Shown in pieces: positions 49,468 to 59,639 of a DNA stretch of 64,000 nt. Within the stretch, counting starts at the first letter, position 1. Each line of letters starts with the position of its first letter. Origin of the DNA: Alloascoidea hylecoeti. Its lineage: Eukaryota. Below the pieces are notes generated by a model. That model saw only the letters and a program-made list of their open reading frames with translations, did no database searches and was not told where the DNA came from. The stretch spans positions 62,001 to 126,000 of the forward strand of contig BCKZ01000021.1 in assembly GCA_001600815.1 (NCBI GenBank), in the 5' to 3' direction. The translations under genes and the position numbers were made by a program.

Positions 49468-49923
49468 TTTTAATTCTTTATTATCAGTTATAGCTGTAGC
49501 TGTTGTTGTTGTTGTAGTGTCTTTTATAGTTAAGTTGAAATTTAAAGTTGGAATCAAAATAGCAAATATAACAGTTAAGATTGAAAATATAACAGTAAAT
49601 AATAATTTGCTATTTAAATTTGAACTTGATATACTCATACAAAAAGATATCAATGAATAATTAAAAAAAAGAGAATTCTTTGGTTTTTATATTTTTCTTT
49701 TTGTCCCTCTGTTCCAAATGTCTTTGGATTACATAATATGCATATGAATCAGCTGAATAATCTTTAGCGATGAATAAACTTTCAACAAATTAATCATCTT
49801 TGATTTATCAGCGTATTTATAAAATGAAACACGATAAATGAAGAAAAAAAATAAAGAAAACACTATATTATAAATTTATAATAAATTAAAAGATGAGGGA
49901 TTATTTAATAATTTTATATGACT

Positions 49924-51642
49924 TTATTTGAAAAATGATGAAAGAGTAGATTGACCTCTTTTTTTATTTGTTTGATTTTTTCTTTTATTATCTCCAGAAT
50001 TTTTATTTTTTAATAATGTATAAATTGGTTTATTTTTATTTTTTGGTGGTTCTTCAACTATTGTATCTTCAAAAGTAGTTATTAAATAACCTCTTTCATC
50101 AACTTTATGTGTCATTTTTGCTGTTTTGATTGTTGTATGTGGTGGTGATGTTGTTTCTAAATCCATTTCAATGTCATTATTATTGTCATCATTTTCATTT
50201 TCATTTTCTGTTTGAGGTTCTGGAACGTTCATTGATTCTAAAGAGTCTTTGATATTGTCTTTTTCATCATCTATATCCATTTGATTATCATCAATTGATT
50301 CTTCTTGTGGTTCATCGATTTTTGGGGTTATTTTCTTGGATTCTTCAGTTTCTTTTAATTCGTCTATACCGAGATCAATTTCTATATAAAAAGAGTTAGT
50401 TAGTTTAATTAATAAGTATTAATAGTTAAAAATAATAATGTCTTACCAATATCATCATCATCATCAAATAATTTTTGTAATTCCTTTTCATTTTGTTTCT
50501 TTTTATTTAATTGTCTTCTATTTTCTTCTTCTATCATTATTTCATCTTGATCTATCATTTCATCATCATCATCATCATCATCATTTTCAATTTTTGAAAT
50601 TATAACTTTTTCCTTTGGTACTTTTTTAGGTCTATTTCTACTAGAAATTAAAGATTCAGATAAAGACATTGATTTAGATCTTGAATTAGATTTTCTATTA
50701 TCAGTTAAATGATTTTTATTATTATTTGATGCTGTAATTGGTGATGGAGCAGTTTCAGATCTTTTCGCAGCAGCTCTTGCTTTAATTTGTTGATATTTTG
50801 ACATTCCAGCAAATAGATCAACTTTTGTGTTATTTGTTTTATCATTATTATTTGTTGTTATTTTTTTGGCATCTGATTTTGTAACGACTTTTTTCTTTTC
50901 TTGTGGAATTGGAATTGAAATAGTTTTATTTTTGCTTTTTGTAATGGATGCCTTTTGAATGGTTAGTAGTACTTTTTAAAAAAATCAATATAAAAAATGA
51001 TACATACTTGAAGAGTTTTTGGAGCTTTTATCATACCATAAATTTCTCTTTTTTCATCATTTAAATTTTCATCATATTCTTGTTGAATTCTTTGAGAAAC
51101 TCCTGAAAAATAAGAAGAATCATTAATTGAAGAAGGTTCAATACTATATAAATGTATTGAAGATATTAATTTAAAATTTCGTTTTTCATCTATGAAAAAA
51201 AGTATTAGATTAGATTTATAATGAGTTAATATAATATGATTTTCTCACCTTCAAGTTTTTCTTCTGGACATAAAACACATTTTGATATTATAAGATTTGA
51301 TTCATCATTATCTATATTTTTTAAAGGTTTACCACAAATTGCAAAAGTGGCATGAAGATTTGAATTTCTTTTCTTATGAACTTCATAAAAATTATATAAT
51401 AAACTGAGATATATTATAAGAAATGTTAATCATTATGATGATAAAGTAAATAAATCAGATTTTCACTTACTGTTTCGCGTCGGAGACAGATACTCCAATA
51501 GCTCTACTCAACAGACGATAAGTAATCTAAATTTTGAATTAATAAAAGTGAATAATAAAACAGAGAAATTGAAATTATTCCTTACAGGTTGTTTTTCATT
51601 TAAAATATTTAAAGAAAGATATCTTTCAGCTTGTGTATTCAT
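49924..51642 (-). CDS. POL32: DNA polymerase delta subunit 3 (Pol32/Cdc27), 6 exons
   Basis: Exons 51642-51586, 51526-51471, 51403-51249, 51189-51008, 50951-50447 and 50381-49924 join in frame. N-terminus ITYRLLSRAIGVSVSDAK.LL..F, LHATFAICG and SIHLYSI; VDERGYLIT; terminal PIP box QSTLSSFF. Confidence 0.88.
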
Positions 51643-51674
51643 TATTTTGTATTATATTAGTAAAGAAAAAAAGA

Positions 51675-51680
51675 ACGCGT
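51675..51680. promoter_or_regulatory. MCB element (ACGCGT) upstream of POL32
   Basis: Exact ACGCGT ~33 bp before the ATG of a DNA replication gene. Confidence 0.55.
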
Positions 51681-51699
51681 ACAATTCGTGATTTCTAAA

Positions 51700-52232
51700 C
51701 TTCTCTACACCTCATCCCATAAAAAATCCCATGGCATCTTTTAAAATATACCTTAGAATAACTTCCAGAATTCAGTTAAGTGATATTTCAGTGATTCTTA
51801 TTATATAAAGAGGTTGCAATCAACTAGGCGGATTGAATTTTGCAATCTGAGTAAACATGGCTTCTCAATTCCCGAAATAATCAAAGAACTCAATATCCCT
51901 TCCACGGAATACAGTAGAGAAATATGTCAAAAACTCTTCTCATATAACGTCACCTGTAATTAAAAAGCTTACAGAACTTAATGAAAGAGTAGTAAATCAA
52001 ATTTGAAGGGTTACGACCCCCTGGATATGCTTGGTTAGGTGGCTTCAAATTTTCACGTTAAAATATCAAAGGCTACCGTCTACAGTTCCAACACTAAATA
52101 CCAAATTTAAAATGTCATTTCAGTCTAATAGAATCTCTGGTATCTACAACGGAATACCATGCACTAATTTAGGAACTGTTCAAAGCCTTTTAGAGTACTT
52201 AGTGGTTGGTTAAGATACTTTGATACTCCCTG
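51700..52232 (+). mobile_element. Decayed, internally deleted Tc1/mariner element, copy B (same family as 17690-18600)
   Basis: Aligns by eye with the reverse complement of copy A at both ends (CCAACACTAAATA 52088-52100 = reverse complement of 17820-17832; TTTAGGAAC.GTTCAA; ACACCTC..CC..AAAAAA.CC). Residual HTH RIEFCNLSKHGFSIPEIIKELNIPST. Confidence 0.75.
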
Positions 52233-52469
52233 CCTGTTTTTCATTTTTACCACTTTGATGTGGCTGCATACAATAAACTACTCTTGTTTTAGTTTTCCAG
52301 AGTTTTCTAATTAGTACTAATAATTATTATGGCAACAAAAAGATAAATAATATCACGTTTCCCCAACTTCTAAATATATAATAAGAATATCTATACTAAT
52401 ATTAATAGAAACCTAAGCTTAAGGGTATTGATATTTAAACGAAATGATATATGTATGCATTAAGAAAAT

Positions 52470-53725
52470 TTAAGAACTTGTTTTAGCTTCTACGGTTGGA
52501 TTAACATCTTTTGATTCTTCTTTTAAATTTGTATTTGAATTGGAAGTCGCATGTGATGATTCTACCTCTTCTTCTTCATCACTATCAGTGACTAAAAAAG
52601 GATCAGTAACAGCAACCGGAGTATGAGCTATTGGTTCCCATTTAGTTTCGGAACCATTCTTATCAATAGTTGTAGATTTTGAAGTAATTTCCGATGAATT
52701 TTTTGTTGGTCTTGGAGGTGGTGGAGGAGCATCATCATCATCATCGTCATCATTATCAACCATTTTAATTGTATCATCATCATTATCATCATCTTTCCGT
52801 AGATTATTTGTTTTTATCTCATTACCAAAAGCATCATATTTAACAGTACTTGGCGGTGGAGCAGTAGAATCAACAGGATGTTGCTTTTTATGTTGTTTTG
52901 GAAGAGGTTTTTCATATTTATTATAAAATTCTTCATCACTAACATTTTCATCTTCAAAAGTTTTTTTAAGAGAAGACATCCAACCAGTAATAACAGAAGT
53001 AGTTTCTTTAATACCTTTTGTAAAATCATCTTTTAATTTTGGTAAATCATGATCAAAAAATACATCAATTTCATCATTTGTTGAATTACCTTGCCTTGAA
53101 GAATTTGGTTGATTTCTATTAAATTGATTTGGACCCATACCAGGGTTGTTTTTATAATAATGATCATAATATTGTTGAGATTGAGAAGGTTTATTTGTTT
53201 TATTTGAGTAACGAGCTCTTGTATTTGAATGCTTTGAATCAGAATGATTTGTTGAAGCTGGATTAGTATTATATTGTTGAGCTAAACGACGAGCATATCT
53301 TTCATCTTCATCAATTTGAGATTTTTTAAGGATTGGTTTTAAAGGAGTTGGAGGAGGGTTTATTTCGGGTTTAAAAGAGGGATCCGAAAGCCCTACAAAT
53401 AACACATAAACAATCAGCAGCACAAGTTAGTTAAAGAATGAGCAAAAGATTAGTGGAATAACATACACAAAAGAGCATTTGAAGCCGGGTCCAAGACGCC
53501 ATTGCTAGCGATCAAGACGGTTATTATGTATTTCTCGTCAATATCGGGAAAGGCTTCTTTTAATGTCTTGATAGATTTAACTAGAGCAGGAAAAGGAGGT
53601 TTTGGTTCCGAATCCTCCGATTCTGCCACGTCTTGTTTACCTGGGGCTTCAGGAGGAGGCGTTTGGGGGTTTTCCTGAATCACTTGAGGGTCTTGGAAAG
53701 ATACTTTTTTAGAATCCTCAGTCAT
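52470..53725 (-). CDS. CUE5: CUE-domain ubiquitin-binding autophagy adaptor Cue5, 2 exons (53725-53467, 53392-52470)
   Basis: LKEAFPDIDEKYIITVLIASNGVLDPASNALL|.LSDP, QIDEDERYARRLA, FFDHDLP and WEPI (AIM-like). Intron is GTATGT..ACTAAC..TAG. Confidence 0.85.
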
Positions 53726-53855
53726 TTTGTGGATAATCAGATGAAGTAAGTTGAATGGAGTGGAATGGTATAATGTCAATACGCCCCTACACCTTACGAT
53801 ACTACTATGTATTGGAAATCTTGGAAATCTTCTATTATTGGAAATGAATTTAGGT

Positions 53856-54824
53856 TCACAATTTGTTTTTAAGGCTCCGCAAAGCTGCCATTCGCCGGGT
53901 TCGTTCGGCCTCTCCGGAACCACGGATTCCGGTGGCGTCCGCTACTTGGGGGTCGTCCAGCCGCAGAAAAGGATTGTGAGCCTTTTCATCGTCCATCGTG
54001 AACAATCCGGTGGTGAATTCGTTGGAGGCGACGACCTCGAGAAGACGGTCCACGGCGGCGCTGGACAGAACGGTCTTCGCGAACTTTGCGTTCGAAGCCG
54101 TGTATTCGTGTCCGGAGTAAACCAAAGTCTCTCCAGGCAGCGAGCCCAAAACCGAGTTGAGAGCCGAATCCATCTCCGCCGGCGAGCCCTCGAAAAACCT
54201 GCCACATCCGGCGTTGAACAGAGTGTCTCCGGTGAAAACGGCCTTCTGGTGGGTTTCCAAGTCCCTTGCGTAGTAGCAGATGGAGTCTTGAGTGTGGCAC
54301 GGAGTGTGCAACGCGGTGATTTCTATGTTCTGGCCCAGCTTCCAGGTGGAGGCATGTCTGGGGGTTCGGGTGACCAACGGCGACTCCTCCCCCGCAATGA
54401 TAGGCAACGAGGGATATCGTTGGTGCTACTTCATTAGTGCTCCGTCCCGACAACACAACAGATATGGAATACTCACCAAAACCTCATTTCCTCCGGAGTG
54501 ATCGTAATGATAGTGAGTGTTGACAATTGCTGCCAATTGCATCTCATTTTCCAGGTCTTGGAGAACTGGAAGAACCCTGTGTTTTCATTAGTATTGATCA
54601 TCATCATCCAATGATGGAGATACTTACTCGTCAGGTTCTGCCGGATCAATGACATAGGACGCTTTTGTAACGTCGTCTGTAAGAATATACGCATAATTGT
54701 CTCCCGTCCCCCATCTCATAGGAATATGTCTGATATGCATTGTTCTTTGGCTATATTTGATATTTCTATTTAGATTTCTATTTAAACGAATTTGTTTGAT
54801 TCTGAAAGTTGCTAGTCGGTTCAT
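53856..54824 (-). CDS. GLO2: Glyoxalase II (hydroxyacylglutathione hydrolase), 3 exons (54824/54740-54628, 54576-54477, 54425-53856)
   Basis: MHIRHIPMRWGTGDNYAY, IDPAEP, THYHYDHSGGN (HxHxDH), TPCHTQDSICY, FTGDTLFNAGCGRFFEG, GHEYT and EK..NPF. Confidence 0.92.
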
Positions 54825-54899
54825 AAATGTTGCAGGTCAAATTATAAATTGTGAAAGTTAACCTTCTCCCTCCTTTCATCCATTCTACATATCTCTAGA

Positions 54900-57427
54900 A
54901 TGAGGCCATTATTAAGACCACACAATATTAATAGGTGTTTTCAAAGACTTCCTCCGATATTCATTCACTCACTTTTTACATCTACCGTGATATCCCTTGA
55001 AAAATCTGAACATACACCCTCGGAATATGCTTATGGCCAGCCTTTTACATTCGACCTTCCTGATGAAACTTTTCAACCGGTAAAAAACATAATACGGCCG
55101 GATTTGTTAAATCACCCTCTAGTAAGTTGAAATAATCTATATTCTATATTTTTGAAATATCTTATCTACTTGAACTAATTTATCTGATATAGTATAGTAA
55201 CCATCCAGATTTACTTGAGATTAATGACTTATTTAATGATTTAGACCTTTTGGAAAATGCCGTTCTTTCAAATCATGAACAGTTACAAGTATGGCAAAAT
55301 ATATTTTCTAAAAAAGGTCATGTTCTCTCATATGGTGTTGAATTATTAGAACAAGATTTAATTCGTTTAAGAACCGTTTACAAAAAAACTTTCCAACATT
55401 ATCTTAAAAATAATCATTTTTCATTATTAAAAGATTTATTAATTAATCAAGGTTCAACTCAATTTCATTATATATTAAGATCAACTGTGGAATCTTCATT
55501 ACAAGAAGGTATAATTAATTCTAAAAATATTCTCGATTTTTTTTCAATATTAGAAGAAGTTAATTATGAATTATTATTATTAAATCCAAATCGAAAAATT
55601 TGGAAAGAATTATCAAGATCAATTTTTTCAATTTTTAAAGCATCAACTTCATTAGATAATGATAATGGTACATTAATTTTATCACTTTTTACAAGAATAC
55701 CAACAAGAAATAAACATCAATTAAATTTAATTTTTTATCAACGAAGTTCAAATGAAATAATTAAATCAATTAAAAGGTATTTATATTTAAATTTATTTAA
55801 TGAATTATCAAGAATAAATTCAAAATTAATAATATATCCTGAATTTTCAAAAATTGTTTTTAATTTATTAAATGGTGCAGAAATTGAAAGAAAATCTGTT
55901 ATATCAACTTTTATGAAATTAAATATTAAAAATTCTTCAAAAAAAAGTACTGTTTTATTTCATTTATATAAATATTTGATTATAAATACAATAAGGCATG
56001 AAGAAATTGATATTTCTAAATTTTTTATGAAAAAATTAATTGAAAATTTACCTTCAACAAATATTAAATATAAAAGACAAGTATTAAATTTAAAAATATT
56101 TCAAGAATCAAAAATTAATAATATAAATGAATGTTTATCAATATTAAATTATATGATTGATTCAAATATAAAACCAAATATTCATACACTTGGTATTCTT
56201 TTTAATCTTTATAAAAAAAATAATTTAATTGGTGAAGCTGTTTCAATTGGTAAAATTTGTATTAAATCTTCATCATCTCAAGTAAATAGAGTATTTTGTA
56301 CTGATTTTATGGATTTAATTTATAAAAGATATAAAGATCCAAAATTAGTTGCATCTTATTTTATATCTTTTTTTAAAACGACTGGTGGTGAAGAAATTAT
56401 AAATGAATTAGGTATACTTTCGTTCATATTAGATGCTTCAGTTATTAAATTACCTGATGAATTTATTAATATGAAATTTGATAAAATAGTCTTACCTGAT
56501 AATTTTAAATGTGATAAAATTGATATTGGTGCAATTGGAATTTTATATCGTTCTATACTTTATCAAGCGAGTAATACAAATCATATTTTTCAATTATATG
56601 ATAAATTAAAAAATATTATATTGGAAAAACAATCAAAAAATATTACAGAATTATCACAATGTTATTCGTGGTTAAAAAATTCAAATTTTGAAATAAATAT
56701 GATTTTATGTCATTTTATAATAACATTAAGTAAAAGAGGTGACTTAAAAGATGTTAATTTATTTTTTGATGATTTTTTAAATTCTGGTATAAAAACAAAT
56801 TTAAATTATCAACCTTTTAATTTTATAATAAAATTAAATTGTAAATTTGGAAACATTGATCATGCTCTTTGGTTAACTTCTTTAATGACTAAAAAATATA
56901 GTATACCAATGAATTTTGATATTATTTATAGTATTATAATGTGTTATTATAAACGTGAAGAATATGATAATGCAAGATTATGGTATGATAGAGCTTTAGC
57001 AATTGGTATGACTATTGATTCTAAATATATGGAACAAATGAATCTTATAATTGATAAATTAAAATGGCCTACATCACAAATTAATTCCAATGCCAATGAA
57101 AATGAAAATGAAAATGAAAATGAAAATGAAAATGAAAATGAAAATGAAAATGAAAATGAAAATGAAAATGAAAATGAAAATGAAAATGAAAATGAAAATG
57201 AAAATGAAAATGAAAATGAAAATGAAAATGAAAATGAAAATGAAAATGAAAATGAAAATGAAAATGAAAATGGGGTATATGAAATGCTAACAGAAGATGA
57301 TGAAGAATTCAAAAAAGTTTATGGTAATCTTAAAATAGCTGATAATGACAAACAATATAAAAGATATAACATTCCTTTGAATACTGAATTACATCTAAAT
57401 GAAATACTTGATAAATTAGAATTTTAA
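54900..57427 (+). CDS. Putative mitochondrial pentatricopeptide-repeat (PPR) protein, 2 exons (54900-55121, 55193-57427)
   Basis: Presequence-like exon 1 is spliced in frame (GTAAGT..ACTAAT..TAG). PPR-like repeats: MIDSNIKPNIHTLGILFNLY and PFNFIIKLNCKFGNIDHAL..M....IPMNFDIIYSIIMCY....YDNA..WY. Confidence 0.65.
57095..57271 (+). repeat. Perfect (AATGAA)29.5 coding microsatellite encoding (NE)29N
   Basis: 177 bp uninterrupted hexamer repeat, in frame in the PPR gene. Confidence 0.97.
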
Positions 57428-57495
57428 CAAAAATATTAATATTTCTATAATTATAACACTCAATTAAAATACTTATATACTACTTGATCTTGATA

Positions 57496-59214
57496 CTATA
57501 AATCATCAAATTGTGAATATTCAATTGTAGTTTGTTCTTTAGATCTTTCAAAACCGGCCCTTCTCAAATGTTCAAACATTGTAACATCACCGAGCATCTT
57601 AGTTAGTACGGATTGTGTTGATATTTTTTCTTCATTGGTTAAAGACTTAAAAACTGTTGGATTATCATCTGTATTTTCAAAAAGCTTTGAATCATCAAAT
57701 AATTTAATCATTTCAGTACAATAAAAAATCATTTTCCTGTATTTTAAACAATTTAAATCATCATCACTACCATTATTATCATTATCTTCACTATCAACAT
57801 TATCTTCTTCTTCACTATCACCTTCTTCCCCTTCATTGTCTTCAAAACCATCCATTTCTGCATATAATTGAAAACTATCAATACAATGAACACAATCATC
57901 CGATAGTTCAAATTGTATCATTCTATCAATATTTATTGGTGTATCAGTATAATAAGAATTAAAAATCTTACATCCTTCAGCAAGAAAATTATATAAATCA
58001 TAAGATTGTGCATGCATTTTAATAACTTCTTGAAATGTAAAAATATTCGATTTACAATGTGAAGACCATATTGTTTCAGAAGGAATTGAATCCCATATAC
58101 TATTACACCATTTCATAGCTGTTAATTGATTCATTTTATAAATTGTATCATGTTCACCAGGATTTCTCATTAAAGCTTGAGAAATTCCATGATTTAAAAG
58201 TTTAACAAGGAATTCCCTTTTTATATCAGTTGTTATACCTAAATCAAAAGGTTGATAGATTTGAATATAATTATTTGAAGGCCTTGGTAAAAATGAAATT
58301 TCTGTATTGATTAATTCTAAACCTATTAATCCAAGATCGTGGGTTGGAATTCTATCTAGAATAAGTAAAACTTTCCTATTTGATGCTGATTCGCCTATCC
58401 AACGGTCAAAATCTAATAAAATTTGTTGAAATATTTCAACTGTAATCATAGCATATTCATTATAATAATAACTATCAAATCCATGATCAGCAGCTGATTT
58501 TTGTCCTTGACCTCGTAAGAACTTCTTATGACCTATAAATGAAATCGACCTTTCTGATCCATCTGCGTTTGTCGTTAAAGATATCACAAACCGTTTATCC
58601 TTTTTAGAAGCTAAAATAGAAGGGTTTAAAGAATAACAAATTGCTGTTTCATCCATTGTAAATACATCTCTAGGAGAATATTTATCAATTGCCGTTCTTA
58701 GTGCTGCAAGTTCAATTTTAGTCTCTCTCTTTTTCTCAGGTTTTTTACTTACTCTTTCAAGTGCATGACGACTAAGAAATGAACGTAACCATCCATTTGA
58801 AAATTTAAGTCGTTCCTCAGGAGGTATACCTAATCGATCTGAAAACTCCTCTGCCATTTCTTTTATAGATGTATGACAAAAAGGAACATGTTTAGCTTCC
58901 ATCATCCTTAATCTTACAATTAATGCATTATCTAATCTTGTATTCTGAACCTTATGAATACATTTTGTTTGCCCTCTTTTAACACTGATGTTTTTATATT
59001 TTTCCATATCAGCTTTATATTTATTTATTGTTGATTTCCCAGGTAAATCTGGTAGATTGAATTTTTGTTTGGTCCATTGTCGTATGTCTTGAACTGATAA
59101 TGTTGGGTGTAATTCCATATACTCAACAACCATCTTCTTTTGAGCCAAATTTAATCGTTGTCGTGTCCTTATTATACCCAAATTCACTCCCGTGGAGAGA
59201 TCCTCAGATGTCAT
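57496..59214 (-). CDS. CENP-B/pogo (Tc5 HTH + DDE_1) transposase-derived protein
   Basis: Two HTH regions (RLNLAQKKMVVEY..W....F...PGKSTIN; KFSNGWLRSFLSRH), VFTMDET, NADGSE, VLLILD..PTH, QPFDLGI and an acidic tail. First ATG at 59214. Confidence 0.85.
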   Translation of the reverse strand: MTSEDLSTGVNLGIIRTRQRLNLAQKKMVVEYMELHPTLSVQDIRQWTKQKFNLPDLPGKSTINKYKADMEKYKNISVKRGQTKCIHKVQNTRLDNALIVRLRMMEAKHVPFCHTSIKEMAEEFSDRLGIPPEERLKFSNGWLRSFLSRHALERVSKKPEKKRETKIELAALRTAIDKYSPRDVFTMDETAICYSLNPSILASKKDKRFVISLTTNADGSERSISFIGHKKFLRGQGQKSAADHGFDSYYYNEYAMITVEIFQQILLDFDRWIGESASNRKVLLILDRIPTHDLGLIGLELINTEISFLPRPSNNYIQIYQPFDLGITTDIKREFLVKLLNHGISQALMRNPGEHDTIYKMNQLTAMKWCNSIWDSIPSETIWSSHCKSNIFTFQEVIKMHAQSYDLYNFLAEGCKIFNSYYTDTPINIDRMIQFELSDDCVHCIDSFQLYAEMDGFEDNEGEEGDSEEEDNVDSEDNDNNGSDDDLNCLKYRKMIFYCTEMIKLFDDSKLFENTDDNPTVFKSLTNEEKISTQSVLTKMLGDVTMFEHLRRAGFERSKEQTTIEYSQFDDL

Positions 59215-59639
59215 TTTGTCTTGTAAGAAATAGCTTTTTGTTATAATTACGCGTATTGCTTTAACTCTTGTGTTGCAGTTGAGATCCCTAGTGTTTTGGT
59301 GAGAAGTTCCGGAAAATAAGACTCCATACAAAAATAAAAACCTTACTTTGAGTTGGCTATATAAATAAAGGATATATCTTGTAATCTCTACTTCATTTTC
59401 TCTCGCTAGCTCTCCTCTTCTTTATTTAGCCCACACCTACCACACCTACCACCCATTGCAACCTACAACGCTCGTGTCCCGATTTAAAAATTAAAATTTT
59501 ATGGAAAAAGAAGAGTATTAGGACTTTATACATTGAAGTGACCCATTTTATCTGAATGGAATAATTCATTATCATTCTTATGATTATTTACATTATATTT
59601 TCATAAGGTAATCCACAGTAAATCTATACAAAAGGCCCA

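Noticed and set aside
53856..54425. Bacterial horizontal transfer as the cause of the GC island
   Set aside because: The exon splices in frame to fungal-type Glo2 exons through spliceosomal introns, and GC tapers into neighbouring host genes.
53751..54501. Several overlapping ORFs (228, 156, 87 and 69 aa) on both strands
   Set aside because: Shadow ORFs caused by high GC over GLO2 exon 3, with no recognisable motifs.
56947..57312. (FS)n and (MK)n ORFs in the track
   Set aside because: They are alternative frames of the AATGAA microsatellite inside the PPR gene.
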